A stretch of DNA of 64,000 nucleotides from Balanoglossus misakiensis (GCA_040954595.2 CM082581.2:12845921-12909920), one strand, 5' to 3'. Shown: positions 8,990 through 24,356, numbered from the stretch's first letter. Notes: generated by a model from the sequence alone, not told the origin. Numbers and translations are program-made.

Positions 8990-11900
8990 TAAAGAACTGT
9001 TTTACCGCTTACAACAAGTTCTGCCACGAGATTCTCGCTGGTCATCGTAAAGGCAGATCTTACCATCTTGTCTAAATTGAATAAGCACTTTGGTAGTTTT
9101 GTCTTAGGTGGTACTCATGTTTGTTAATCAGCAGATTCGCCCCCGAAATATGATAAACCGGGCGAAATAAAACTTTTTCCGTTACATTAAAAGCCGGCCA
9201 TTACAGGCACCATTTACTTTTATATTTACCGTAATAGCGCCCTCTTCCGTGTGTGTGTGATATTCTTCACACATTTCAACTGAGTCGGTAGGTACATACA
9301 TACGGTGCAATTCCCGATTCAATTTAACAAACATAAATGACAGAGGCGTGGAACAAATTTTAAGATGCCCATCTCAGCCTCCGATAATTCAAGCGAGACC
9401 GGAAACGCTCCACCGTAAAATTGGAAATTGTAACTCCCAAAATCCAATATTGTGTTTTTATTGCACGGACAGAGGCAACATGAAAGACAATAATTTACGT
9501 GCGCGGCAAAATGGTTCACTTATTGCCGTCTGCAATCAAAGCGCGACAGACAAGCGGGTGGACTATGTATTAATTAAGACAAATATGAATTCCTCGTTAG
9601 GTTTGTTTGGTGCTTTGTGAACGCCAGACAAGCTGTCTGTTGAGAGGTGCATTTTTCCTGAAGTTGAGGCATTTTATTTTATTGGCAAATCTCGTTCCTT
9701 GACCTCAAAGTATAAAAGGAAGAACAAAACGACCTTTATGCATAAAGACATAAAGATATCAGTAAACGTACCTCGCCGGCACTTTACAATGGGCGTAAAA
9801 CTGACGGCAGAGGCACCTTGTGGTCCATTACCGATAGTCAAGGTCACGGTCAGGGAAAATTAATGATCTTGGTATATGTCGATCACATTTTACGAGTTTG
9901 CTGGCAAAGATTGAATGGAAATTTAAAAACATTATACGAATTTACCTATCAACCACATAAAGACGCAAGTATTAGGACTAAGGCATTTTCATGTTTTTAT
10001 TAACCGGGAGTCTTAAACATGAAAAAGGGCTGGAAAAGACACGACACTGCAACATCACAAGAACTTTCCCACAACGCTATTCATAGCTAAGCGATTTCTC
10101 TCCATGGATGTCTCGACGTCTGGAAAATCGGTTGTTCCACTGAGATGAGAACATTCACAATTTCTTCATCAGTGACGTCAACAGAATAGAAAAACAAACC
10201 AACGAGCCCACGCCTCCTTTAGTGTCACCGTCAACGGAGAATAATTATAGACATACTGACATACACAACACAGGCAGCAAATATACAGACCACACGCGGT
10301 AAGAGAGACACGTCTTAAGTCGGCGTAAACCGCGTCGTGATGTAACGAAACGTACATAGGCCTACCACGTGCGATTTAAGAATCTTCAAATGTGGTGTAA
10401 ATAAAGAATTACAATTACAACCAATCTCGCTGATTTAGCAGCATTCACGTAACTGAACCGCCCAGGGCTGGCAAGCGGGGAACCCTCACGACACCGGGAA
10501 ATGTAGACACGCTTCGCACTTTCACGGAGACCACAGGAAAATGCTCAACAACAGTCCTAGTTATCTGTTATACTTCTCTTTCCTTATTTGTACGAGTTTT
10601 TTTGGGGGGTGTCACAGGTTCGACTCATATGTTTAGACTCTAAACAAATAAAGAAAGGAACTTTCAGAACTCATTAAACGCTATTTATATTCATTGAATG
10701 TGTCAATTAAAAACGACCAATCATTTCATCCGTAATTGACTGGTTTATGATATATGTCGGAAAAAAAGCATAGTTTGGGAAATTACATAATTACCGAAGA
10801 GGCATAATTATGACATATTTTCTGTCAAGGAAATTCTTAACTATGATTTATTCCATCGGCTGAGTTTACACTGAAGAATTCCACTATTGATTGCTGTTCC
10901 AACGTGGTGATCCTGTTTGCAGTGGTTATCGGCGGGAATAAAAAAGTTTCAGGGACGCCAGAGATGCACTCACAGGTGGTGGGTACGTGAGAGAAATAAA
11001 ACATGACGTAATCAGCCGCCTGCATATTACTCGCATGTTTTGGCACAGGACCGACCGTTCATTGGCCCCATCAGCAAAACAACACAATAACTGTTACTAT
11101 GAATCGTTATGACAACAATAACTAAACGTTGGTCAAAATATGACTACCCTGACCTCGTGTTGCACAGATTGTAAAATTGACACGAAATGATCAAGTTAAT
11201 AGGAAATTTCTCAGCAGCTGTTGTGTACGTTAGTATGTCGTCATGAATGATGGCACGTGACAGCGACGGCGATATCACGAGTCGTATGAACTCTGCACGG
11301 CAAAATAACTTTAATTGCGTCAAAAATGTGAATTTATGGCAAGCACTGTGCGTGTATCCAACAGCCAGCAGCCCTCTCGTTCTGAAACGCGTCGTACCTC
11401 GAATCACGAGATCGAATGCGTTAGCAGCCAATCACAAACCGCAGGTCCCAGTGACGAATGACGTAATATACCTGTGCAACCAATCGCTGCCCGCTGTTGC
11501 TGCTCATATACTATGCATAGGGGATGTACAGTCTTTCGTTTTTATGTCAAATTAGCTTGATTTACGAAGTTATATATAGAAAGTGACGTGGCACCATGCA
11601 TGGGTCGGAGAAACAGATTCAGTACTAGACTCGCGATTGTCTCGGTCAGTGACATCGTTTTCCTATACAGTCATATGCTTTTGCGTTTGGTTGTCCGAGA
11701 TTTTTAACAAGCAGCAGACAACTGCAGTACTTCCGCGGGCAGCATCGTCCCCCATACAGGCATAATACGAGCAGAAATTACCCGGGCAATAGCACTATAC
11801 ATCCACTCTCTGAAAACTACACATGGATAACGAGTCATGCACCTACACTGTCTGTGAATGCAATTTGTAGTTAATGAAACTTAAATATCGCAAACATCGT

Positions 11901-12473
11901 CGAGGGCCGACTTCCGCGACGCCCTTTTCAAGGGGACGTTGGCGACATTATCACGCTTCCGTTCGTATTACGTGTACATGCCACTGCGAATTGTCTCCGG
12001 CGATGTTGCAGACAAATTTGCGGTGGTACCCTGACAGGATAATGGCGCACGTAAAGATAGACAACTTAAATTGGCATTTGTGCGCGCGTTGGAAGAATAA
12101 TGTCGATCGGTGGATATGCAATGTTGTGCAGCGCGGCGTAAATATCGCACTGTAGTCATGAGAACATTAAATGGAATATTCGTGCTGGTGTCATATAGGC
12201 CTAAGATCACTTACTGCCTGTGCTAGCGTCTTTCCAATGATATACCCCTGCCATCTGAATCGCATCAGCAGTTTCCATCCTGCAGACTGTCATTCACGTC
12301 ACATTGCAGGAACCGAGCCAACACATGACTGGCGTTAGGCGTCGACGATTATGAACCCTACAACAAAGGAAAAGAAAGTTGAGCCACATGAGGGAAAATA
12401 ACTAAGCAATTTCAGAAATGGTTAACAAAGGTCAGGGGAGGTTCTTTTTGTGATTGTGGTAGTGGTAGTGTGT

Positions 12474-12498
12474 GGGGGAGGGGTGGGGGTGGGGTGGG
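12474..12498 (+). other. G-quadruplex-forming motif
   Basis: GGGGG-A-GGGG-T-GGGGG-T-GGGG-T-GGG: five G-runs with 1-nt loops. Confidence 0.6.
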
Positions 12499-15400
12499 AT
12501 GATCCGCAGCCGGCCGTCAAGTTGCCTATTTATCATTCGCCCCGTCGTAAGCATATCCACCAAGTCACTTTACACGAGGCCGCAGAAAAACAGATTAACG
12601 ATTTACTTTTTTAAATTTTTCGCTGTATATCAAAAGTTTTTTTTTATGTTGTTTGCTTTCCTGTAACATGTTGCTTTGTCAGATGACGCACAATAAGTAT
12701 GTACCAGGAACGTAGTAATAAGTAAATACTACAATGGCTTATTTTTTTGTTATGTACCATGAATTATGCCATAAGTGTGTTTGCAATGTTGCATGTTCAA
12801 ACACTGCGACAATAGTCTAACAACTGGTGGTACTGCATGTGTCTTTGAGCCAGACATGTATGATACACGACAAACAGAAAAAAATCACACGAAATGTCGA
12901 TGTTGTTCTCCCTCTAATAGACCAAAATTTATCCCAATGTCAACCACGTTCACATTAGCTACGCGAATCTGCATCACAAAATAAGCCGCCGCCGCTGCCT
13001 TCAAAGGGTAAATTTTGATCTGAGCAATAAAATCGACGTGATTGTTCATTTTGGCAGGACTCTTATTTCTGATGCACGAAAGCGCTCGCGGTAACAATCG
13101 CTGGGCATCCGGGCAAACCATCAGTAATGCCTACAACACGCTCGTCACGCTAAATTAAGAAACTTGGTTCAGGGTAGATTAAATAGTGACGCAAAGAGCG
13201 GTAATGTTCCGGCAGTCGTTTACGGCATCAGAGAACTTTTTCTCTGTGCGCGATGGGTGACCTTAATGATCATTACCCAACCGATCACATTTAAATGGAG
13301 AGGAAAAGACGAATAGGTCTAGTTTAGACGGGACTTGATTGGAAATGATTGCGATTTAGATTCGGAGTGTAACATGTGTATTTACATCACCATGCCCGTA
13401 TTGATGGCCGCCCTCTAGACCTCATCGCTTTATGTCTAGACCTGTTGATTCTCACATAAATACTTGAGCAACGTCAACGCATTTTACGTCACTCGTGCGC
13501 GGTTTAAAAACGTCAGCAGTGCAATTGCGCGTTAATTCGTTCCTCTTATCATCTCTCGGTATCGCACCCGAGTGAAATCTTCGATTCTTTTCTCTCCAAC
13601 GCTCGTCGTCGTGCCTCCATTGGCCAACTGATACCTCCATCTTATGTGATGCATTGATAATACGCGTGAAGAGTACATATCTCGAAGAGACTTCTTGATT
13701 ACAGCTTGTGATTCGTGTAATGCGAGGGCAAGCTATATTTTAGGTAAAATTTGCTGCTCGTCAGGGCTTGCTCAAGTATCCCCGGTGAAAATCGCTCGCT
13801 GCGGTCGTTAGGAAGTGATGAAGTGAGTTGCCTGGTTTAGAGTCAGCGTTGTTGGTGCTTCTGCAGGGTCGGACAAATTATGCACAGGTGAGCGAGTCTT
13901 TCTCTCTCTCTCTAATACAACTTTGCAATATACTCTACCAATGACTGGGTGTACTTGGGTGACACCCGTATATTGTCTGCACTTTGTGACGCATGAAAGT
14001 TACAATATACAAGACCACAAGTCACCGTTGCTTCGTCACAACCATGGTGTGACGGCCAACTGATTTTCCATTTGAGCTTGCCTCAACTAACATTGTTAAT
14101 GTATCGAAATCAGAAAAAAAATAAGTAAAAAACAGCAACAATAACAACAAACTATGCCACAAAATAAATGAGTGAGTGCTACATGATTCAACATGTTTCG
14201 ACTCTTTGATTAACAATCTTCGCAAGTGTTCTAGTGGTTCTATAATTTTATAGTTCTCCAATTTAACGACAGAGGGCAGTCGAGTTTTATTTCCACAGGA
14301 ATACGTTTATGCAATAAGATGAAACTAAATACACAGATAAAATTTTACTTCAACCAAGCGCGCTGCTTGTCTCTACATTGGAGCCCCCCCCCCCCCCAAA
14401 GTCCAGTTCTGGGTGGTCGTATCGATGTCGGAATTGTTCGATTTGTCTTCGGATTGACACTCCAGTAATATTTCGACCTTACGTTTCGGCATTGATTTTT
14501 AGCAGCGGTCTGTTAAAAGTAGGCCGGTTCATTTCAGCCATTCGTCAATATTTCTTTTCTAAACCGTAAAAATTGGTATGGAAATTTCCAAACTGCTTCT
14601 TAATCTAGTTAAAACCCCGCGATGTCATCAGTTGCATTACATTCTCGTATCCTCGGACTCAAAGTATAAGAGTACCTGCGCACTGCCATCGCTTGCTTTG
14701 CTCATTCTTCGGAACATATTTCTTGCTTTCTCAATTATTCAGGAAAATCTTTACGCACAGCTTTTATGTCCTAGGGTGTCGTAAGTACTCAGTCGGGGGT
14801 ATAATCAATAAACGGAATTCCCTTTCTCCACTCAGGTCGAAAATATTAAATTTCTGAACTATGGGTGGATGTTACTCTTAGCTCACTATTGTAGGCTTTT
14901 AAAACGGCCGATTAAGACACAGTCGTTGTTTGATGGCGACTGGGATTTTGCTTTGATAAAAATCATTTCAATTTTTCGCGGATGGGTGAACTGAAATTGT
15001 GTTCTCTAGGGACAATTCCGGCGGTGAGCGGAGACACCCTTAATTCCGTAAATTTGTGGAAATTGTCTTTGTGTTCGGATTGCCAGGCCGCTGATTAAAA
15101 TAAAGATCGGCGCATAAAACTTGGGAAGCGATAAACTTGATAGCTGAGTGATTGATTAATATATTAATGGTCGCATCCGCCTTCATTTCTAGTTTGCCGT
15201 TGGCGTCAATAACGCTTACATGACCAGGTAGAAACTTGCGGGAAATCGCCGAGACAAACATTTGCGTCCTTTATTCGAGTTCATTTGTGAATATCCCATT
15301 TCTCGTTGTCGAAAAAAAGACATCCTGACTATTCGCGTTTCTTGGAGTGTCACATTCAACGTCTGAAGCCGTGGATATTTTGAATTGGACAGCTCTGTAG

Positions 15401-16325
15401 ACAGGATTTCCAGCGGACGGAGAGTTCAAATGGTTCATGAGAAAGGGAAAGCGCCTTCGGCTCCGCTTCCCGAGCGTAACCTTTGACCCCGGAACTTCAG
15501 ACAACCGATAATGCTGTTTTACAGTTGCCTGAAGTAAAACTAATATGATGCGGAGTTTCCACTTTCCCCATCAGCGAAATCGACGTCAAAATGGAACACT
15601 ATTGAAAATTCAACGACTGGAACTTTGTTCCCAATTGTTATAGTGTTAAAATATTAAATCACGCTTCATAGCAATACTGACGCAAAAATAGCTGATGTGT
15701 GGCTTGGATCCAATGAATGACACTAGTGAAAGTTACAACATTACAGTACCACACAAAGCCAAAGTTCACTAGTTCAATAAAAGAGGCCATGCGTAAAATT
15801 GTGGGCCCGTAAATTTGATATAAAGTGCGCGGGGGCATAAATAATTAAGGCCTATCAATTTTCGTCTGTGACCCAAAATAACATTGACAAGTCCTCTGGG
15901 ACTTGACATCAACGTGTCAAACGATCGATTCTTGCATAACGATGTCGAACGAAACCGTAATCACGGTAATAGGTTCACACATATGCCGATAGAGAAAGTT
16001 GTTTCGGAGTAAATGCATCAACGAGCAAACTGGATATACGAATAGCAACGTAATGGAATATTCAAATTGGGCATATACATGTACGTAATAATTGGTCTTG
16101 AAACAATCCACTCCCAAGCTGCGACCAATCGCTAACATTTAAATGAGCTAATTTGAATGTTTGTATACGTGACGCGCATTTTTTGTCATGGGAGCAGAAC
16201 GTGTTGTTGTCAGAGAAATTATAGGAAACGCCCAATACCCAGAGGTGTAAGAATATATTATTAGCATATCCGGATCGAACCCAAAGGTTCCCTCATACAA
16301 TTTGGATTTAATTACACTTCTTTAG

Positions 16326-16564
16326 TGGTTTAACTCGTCGTCGACAGGCATTCGGAATTCGAGAGTCCATGGGCGCGCCGGGGTCTCATACCGATGCGTT
16401 CGGAGGACGAGAGGTCCCGTTGATGGCGGGTATCCTACTCCCCTTCCCGGACCCTCAGAAACTTTATACGCGAACGTGGAAGTGTTCTGCTCGGAGTGGC
16501 ACTCAGGAACGTAACGGCAGACCACTTCAAGCGGCAAAATGTGTAATTGGAGAGACTGCTAATG
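16326..16564 (+). other. Candidate internal (probably 5' UTR) exon
   Basis: GC-rich island bounded by ACACTTCTTTAG| and AATG|GTAAAG; no recognisable protein. Confidence 0.3.
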
Positions 16565-19500
16565 GTAAAGGTTGATAACAGCTGCATATTATGTCTTTCT
16601 TGGACAACACTGATACCTTCATCGGCCCTGAAGGACACGTTAAATATTTGATGTGCAAATTTATTGACCCAAAGAAAAATGCTACGACACTATCAGGTTT
16701 TTGTTCCCTGCTCGGAAACGTTTTGACAATTATCAGTGGTAAAATATCACAAGTGTGATTTGAAGTAAATTTAACTTTTATATTTCTGATTGTAAATTAG
16801 CCAATTTTTCAACTCATGTAAGGCTGGGATTGAGTCAATGAATCTCACGACTTGTCAAATTGACGTAATTCGTTGGAGTTGTTCTGAGTCAGGGTTGGTC
16901 AATGTGCCACGTGCAAACTGGCCTCTCTTCAACTATAGTCTCTCACTCTGTTCACGCTATGTTTGAACCCCTCTTTAACCCGTCCAACCACTCTTCCCGT
17001 TGAGGGCCTTTCACAGGAAGCGATTATGACGTCGGAACTTCGAAAAACTGCTACCTACGTCTCTCTTGACCTCGTCAGCCGGTGGTGAACCGTAAAACAT
17101 TTTACGATCCAATCCACCTGTGCTTGTGAGCGTGAGGTATTGCGAGCAGGTACAGATGTGCGTGAGAGAAGCGCGAAAAAGAACTGCATTTAGATTTATA
17201 AATACGCACTGCTTTAAATTTCCACGGGAACTATCGTTGTATCACGATTATTAGAGTGTCGAGGATTTTCGAAGAAGGACAGCACAGCGCAGAAAAGACT
17301 CTAATGTCCAGAATTTCATTTCATAGATGCAGAAAAGCCAGATATACGTTGCGAACTATACCTCGAGAGCTTATTGCAACTTGTCGATAGTACTGACTGA
17401 CATAATGCGCTATATTTTGTATAGTGACATGTTGGTATGGATATCTTCTTTCAAGTTGGACAAGAAAGTGACGTCATTTGGACAGATCGATTGCGGGTTT
17501 TCTAGTGCTCCCGACACGTAAACCAAGTATAGCTAATTTGTCACCTTCCAGGCTAGGCGTAAGAGAGAGGACCCTTGTAATGATGGAACACTGCCACACG
17601 GCAGCTGATCAAATGATCCCCGGGAACAGTGAGTTGTAACCGTCTATGAACTCGTTTATTCGACTGGAGGCCAAACCACTGTGAGTTTAATAGTTTGCAA
17701 GTGGCGACCAGAATGGACACATCCTGCATTATAGATACGCGCCATGCAATTCCATTTTATAGACAAATTTTAATGAAACATGGTATGACTCTATTTCCAT
17801 GCCGACAGTTTTTCTTTTTGTTTTCTGAACGCAGACACTAGATCAGTGAACCAGTAATCGCAGGAAGACACGTTCAAAAACGTTAGTAATTGCGTTTCGT
17901 AGCAGTCTAATGAAAGTAGCTCTAATAAAGCTGTCATTTCCACCGTCGGCTGCGTGATAGCTTTCCATAGAAAGAAAAGGAGTTATCACAGAAATAACTA
18001 TGTTAAAGAACTATCCAGCGGCTTGGTGCGCGCCGACGAGGGGCGACCGCCGCGGCAGCTGCGTTTAGTCTGCCGACATGGAAGCACGAGGCACAGTTTT
18101 GGGAATAGATAAATTCCGGCATGCTTTCAATCATAATTCCCGCCGTCGATGACGGGAAGTTGTCCATTTGGAGAGAGAAAATCTTACTAGGGGACATGCT
18201 TCGCGGGTGCCCGTGGACCAGGAAGCCCCCAACTGTGACGATAATACTGGAGAAATTGACACCAAACGTGCCCGAGGCGAGATATGCATAATTATATTTC
18301 ATCAATTTGAAGTAGACTTTTATTATCAGAGCCACCGACAGCGGTGTAAATCAAACGTAGAAAATATTCCGGGGAATGCTGGGATTCGGCCTGCAATAGA
18401 GCGGTCCATTATAACGAAAAGCAATTTTGATTCATTCAACTGTGAGTTAGAACCTGCCGGATATAATCGCGTGGTTTACTTTATAGGAGCTTTCTTCGTC
18501 CAAAACGTATAGCGAAATTGCGAGACCCTTTTTCATGGAATCGCAAAAACAAACCCCAAGTCAGTTGTATCACAGTGAATTATAAAGTCTACAAGTCGTA
18601 AAAGTTAATGCTGGAGGATGGTCACGTCGGAAAAATAATAAAATAGTGCATTGATGACATAAACATTATGTGAATTCCATTAAAGGGGGATTTGGGTTGA
18701 AATCAGAGTATATCAAAACGGAAACTATATACAAGGGCGGCCATAACGAAATATTTTGTCTGGCAATTTTTATTGGATTATCATGCGGCGAACAAGGTAA
18801 ATGGGTCATACTAGTACTTTTAATATGAAAACAAGAGACAGACGCCTTATATAATAGTTACAGCCTTGAAGACGGAGCTTTAGTCAAACACAGTTGAAAG
18901 ATGGAACCTGCAAATATTTGATGTCACAATATCTGTGTTACGTTGTGTTACATTTACACACGTCACGGAGACTTATACTGTCTTTGGCTTACAGGGTGGG
19001 CAAATCATGTAAATGGCCTCGCACGACAGCGACTTTGTCACTTCAGATCGCATTTATTTTTATTCACCGGGCCATGTTTTGCTGTAATGGCCTCTGTTAA
19101 CTCTTAAATAGGGAGGTATTTATTTTGTTTACAAAATGTACGCTTTGCTCCCGGCGGTACGCTTCTTGTCGGTGTCAAACGATGCATGCGAGTGGCGCCA
19201 TGATCGAGTGTTGGGAATGAAACGTTTGTTGCTCTCTAATGTATACTGTTACCAGTGCATTGCACTTGGTGATGGTAAACAGTGGAGGGAAAACTAGCTG
19301 TATATTGTAAGTTGGAGCAAATAGGTACCGCCCGTATGTGACTTTTATCCCAGGGGGTGGCAACGGTACGTCATGATACTAACCACGTCAGAGAACGACC
19401 TGCGACCCTGCGTCCATGGGCTTTGTGTGAAACACTTGTCTTTTTAATGAAATTACGATTTGCCAGGTTACCACTAAAGAGGCTAATTAAACGTTTCTGT

Positions 19501-22500
19501 GCTCATTTGTATTCTCGCAGATGTTCAGTGTTTCAGAGGGTTGCGCACTTGCCGTTCTGTGTCAACAGCTTCGGACATGGTTTATCTCACGGCAACGTGT
19601 GCTGACGTCGACGCCGTCTGTTTTCAGTGAAAGACACTTTCCACATATACGACGTCAGTTACTGCAAGCATAGACATACACCTCGACACTGGTAGGACGG
19701 GACGAGAGTATATGGCGCTTTGAAAGGTTAGTAACCGATACAGATTTGATTTGGAAAAAAACTAGGCGTTTTGGGGGTATTTTGCTATGAAAAGCGCAAA
19801 CGCCAAAAGCTTAACTGCTGGAACCGAAAGCGACATTTGATTTGAATAAAAAGGCAGGTGTAGTCATACTATTTTTTCAACGAGAATGCGTGTTACATTC
19901 CAGTATATATTAGTTTCTAAGTTTAGCGTATGTTGGGTGACCCTATTTCGTACAAGTTTACAACCTGGGCCAATGTAATCAGCACCTTCAAATTGACTGT
20001 TTCGCTTCTCGCGCGAATGACGTACAAGTTTACTTGGCATACACAGCCACTAACATACGTCGTCAAAAACAACGCAAAGTGATGCAATTGATGTTGTAAT
20101 TCTATTAACTTGAGTCTAGAGCAACCTCTGTGCAAACACAAGAAATTGTTTATATCTTTTTTATCATGGAACTGTCTATTCTTGTTCGCTACGATAGTCA
20201 ACATTAATTTATGAATTATAGATAGAATCTCCTACACACGACACAAGCCATCATGGGCGCCCGACCCATTTGATGGTTTAGATGACTAAATGTCAGTGTT
20301 ACTTTCCTCGGAAAAATTCGAACCCCGAAAATCGCGTACTCCAAAAATCTCGCCACAACGGCCTCGATGTTTCATTTCGGTTGATATCTAGACCTGCTGT
20401 CTCTTAAGACAGGAAGGAACTCGCAAGCAAGAACAGGAGATGGTAACGTCACTTGTGATACAATTCCGCTTTTTGTGCACAGAAACGACAGTAACAATCA
20501 ACTTGAAAATTGAAGGCGCCAGATAGCTAATCAGCGGCTCTGTAAAAGCGCCGTCGGCTGCGGATTAAAGTCAAAATCGTAAACTATCTCATCCTAGTTC
20601 GTGCGCACACAGAGTAACTGGTACAATGTATTAATTTCCATACCACTTGTGAATAAGACGGATTTCCCGAGTCATTCATAGAACGGCCATTTTATTTTCC
20701 AGTTGACAACATTACCTTGGCATTACCATCATTAGGAATGATGTCTTCACATGCGATTTACATTGTCACGATTTCTATTAGATCCACACGGCTGAGGTTA
20801 GTTCGGTCATTGCCACAGACGACGATGCTCGACCTTTTGTTTGTTTTGCTTTATATCAGTCTATATTGAAGTTGAACGACTATTTCCACAATGAAGCCAA
20901 TTAAATGAAACGATTGACATCATCCGGAGTCTTATTAAAATATCTATGCTTGGTAGTCTTGGAGGTATGAGATACAATAATGTGTCTGTCTGTTTGTCTG
21001 CACGAAGCGTAGTAGTATACTTGTAGTACACGTAGTAGATTGACATGTCATGTCAAACAGACCTTATTTTCTTACAGTAGTCCTTGGAAATGAACGCTAT
21101 CATTCACAGCATGGTATTATACGGCAATCATTCTAAGCCCCACACGTCTAATTGCAGCACCCGTAGGTAAAAAAACTACCTTTACACGCGAATGTCAAAT
21201 TTTTATGAGGCTTTTATAGGACGTTGTCCGACTTGCAATAGTAAGCTATTTATTTTTTGATTATGCGGGTTAATTTCAATATAATTTTAGGGCCTGGGAT
21301 ATAAAATGAATTCATTACACTGCGTTCGGGCGGTTTTAATGAGGGTCCCCCTTTCTGTGATTGAGGTTGGAACTGAATCGCCAGGTATCTTAACCTCCCC
21401 ATGTGGTCCGGCATTCGCCTTTTAGTGGCAGCATCTGCTTTAAGACGCCAAACAGCGAGACAGCCAGCCACGTATGCCTCACTAACACGCATTCAGCAGT
21501 CGAAGCAATTAACCTCTTTCCACGCCACTATTTAAACCCGGACAAGAAGGTCGAGAAGACTTCAAAATCCGGGTAATTCGATACGACACGACATTGCCCT
21601 TTCCCGTAATTCTCATTTTATCGAAGAATGCCGATCGATTTTGTCAGCTCCATTTCGGTTGCAGTGTCAACCCACAGTCTATAGTCAAACTTACGGTGAA
21701 TATGGGGATGGGAGATTCAACTAATCGGACCAGAAACTTGTGATATATTGTCTGAGATGCGATCTCTCCAGATTCTGTCCGTGTCTCTTGAGAATACAAA
21801 GCACACGCCAAAGCTTGCTATCATTCCCATGAAGGGCATTTCAGAAAACGGCAGAGATAGTGCCATAAAAACACAGGTGTTGTAAACAATACATCAACGC
21901 GAGTCGTGTTATGTAAGCTGGTCCAGGAGCTATCTGTACATCTTAAAAGCGCCGACGTTCGATCCTTTACCTTGATATAAATAAATGCACATTTATCACT
22001 TCTTTTGGCCATTAACAGATACAGCAGCGAAGAGCATTCTGCACTACTCGCCCGTCAACTACCAAAGGGAGAGCAACTTCCCTTTTGGTTGTCCTTAAAG
22101 GCTATTTTTTGTTGACGTGGGCATTTGTCTGTGCACGGAAATGTTAATTAGGAAACCAAAGGGAAACACATGCCCCTTTAAAGGAATCCATTCAATGGCA
22201 GTCCCTGTTTGATCTGGACCATTTTCATTAGCCTTTGCAACACAAACTCGAAATGGCGCAACGACAACTGTACACACATTCCACAGAAAAGAAAATAAGC
22301 TAGAGTATCGCGCTGAAAGACAGCAAATGCCGCAGACACACGATGGTTTCGCGTTGTTGGCGTACGTGTACCACGATTGTGGTATGTTGTAATATACTCC
22401 CCGTTCTCTGGTCAACATATGTCATGCTGGAATTTCGCGCTCGAAAGAGCTGACTTGAGAGACATATCTGACACCTCAAATTTATTTGTTAACATTCGAG

Positions 22501-23674
22501 TCTTGACACCGTATCTCAATCCTGAAAGCTCAGTGTCGAATGTATAAAAACTATATGTGTTACATATGGCTGAAACTTCCGAGAGTTCCCAGTGTCTCGA
22601 AGTTCGCCAATGTGAGGACATTTTCAGATCTGTGCTGACAGGCATGTGAAGACGTAAAGAACATGGTAATTAGTTGTGTTGCCCGCTTGGCAAATCTTTG
22701 ATCTGGTCAGTGCACTGTTCATATCGATAGACACGCAGACAAACGGCGTACCATTTATCGCAATGTCAAAGGACTGCATTCTCCCAGTATTTTGCCCAAG
22801 GTGTAATAGAATGGAATCACGGACACATGTCGGACACGTGTGTACAAGTGATTACCATGAAAACAGTAATACACAGAGCGACGGTTTTGAGCCATGGATT
22901 TTCTCCTTCTGAGCCGACCTTTAGTCCAGCCGTAATCTCCATTTTCACAGCCCGATTCCTTATCGCAAGTCTGGCCCCAACAGATACTCAGACGTATATT
23001 TGTTCAGCATTAGGCTAACATTTATGAAACCGAAAGCCAATTAGCACAAGAATTTAAATTTTCCTTCGAAAATATGAGGTTTCCTCTTTTCTTTCAAAGT
23101 ATATTATAAGACATCCACACCCTGTCCTTCAAAAGCTCTGAATTTAAATGGAAATTGTCCGGATGGTTCGACTCACGTGCTATATGATTGGTGAAACGCA
23201 AAATTAAAGAATGAAGTTCCCGTTCACCGCGTTCGTACTTCATTGCACTACATAAACATGCGTAAACGATAGTATAAGAATTTCGGACTTGACCATTACC
23301 AAAGCGTGCAATTAATTGCCAGCGACAGCTTGTGCTTGTTGTCGAGGAAGAAGCCTATCGAGTTTAGCTATAATTATTTTTCGGCGTTTGCGACAATGTA
23401 CTATTTATTTTCGCTCGAACTAGCTAAAAATAACGTCCCAGGAGATCTCGTCGCCAACGACATCGACAGAACGTTTTAGGTTTCGATTGGAAAGTGTTGA
23501 TATATCAACGACAACAGTACAACGAAATCATCACCATCACCCCTACTACCATTACCACAACCAATGCCAAAATGAAGACCAGAAACTAAGCACATCCCTT
23601 TCCCGTTTTCTAATGATCAAATGATCTAAGCGTGCCCATTGCTTGAACTCTCCTTTCACTGGGGGAGAGGTTCT

Positions 23675-23736
23675 AGAAAGGGAGGGAGGGAGGGAGGGAG
23701 GAGATGGAGGGAGGGAGGAAGGAAGGGAGGGGAAGA
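23675..23736 (+). repeat. (GGGA)n polypurine tract
   Basis: Direct reading; a shorter similar tract lies at 51375-51402. Confidence 0.9.
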
Positions 23737-24356
23737 TCAATAACAGAGCGACTATAAGTAAGAACACATTTCTGGGGGATTTTGACATGTGTATAAAACC
23801 AACCGTAACGTCATCAGTCACGGGAATTTGGAGCCAGCGACACGTTTTTGACTTCCTTCGGAAATACAGAGATGCGTCAATGACAAGACCGACAACTCGA
23901 AAAAGACGGCCGATTTCTAAGGAGGAGATCGGCAGACAAAACGCGCCAACATCAATCACGGTGGTAAATATTGAAATCGCAATAACTCTTAGCACCACGC
24001 CATCTGACTAAAACACAATTTCCTGCGACGCATTGAAAAACAATCAGCAGTGATCTTTCTTGATTGATTCTGCAACGGAAACCAGATTTTCGGAACACAA
24101 ATCTGCCAGCTTGCAATCCGTCTAAATCCATCATTAGCGCACCTGCACAACAAACCCCTTCCACTGTTTAGACAGTTTAAATCAAACCTGGACAACAGAT
24201 TACAAAATACATGTAAACAGTCGCTGATACCGCTCTTTGAAATAGCCACTCCTATAACCAGAGTGACACAGCTAAGCATTTTCTTTAACCATGATAACTC
24301 ACAGCGCTCTGAGTTCCCTATGATCAAACTGTGGCAATCCGGCAGAGATCACAATG

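Noticed and set aside
8524-9075. 180-aa and 72-aa minus-strand ORFs upstream of the minus-strand gene
   Set aside because: They run through donor sites and intron sequence, do not join the main CDS frame via the 8776 donor, and have no protein-like composition.
10615-23175. Isolated B-box-like GGTTCGANTC/CC strings (about 10617, 16275 on -, 23165)
   Set aside because: No A-box at the proper distance and no cloverleaf; cannot call tRNA or SINE.
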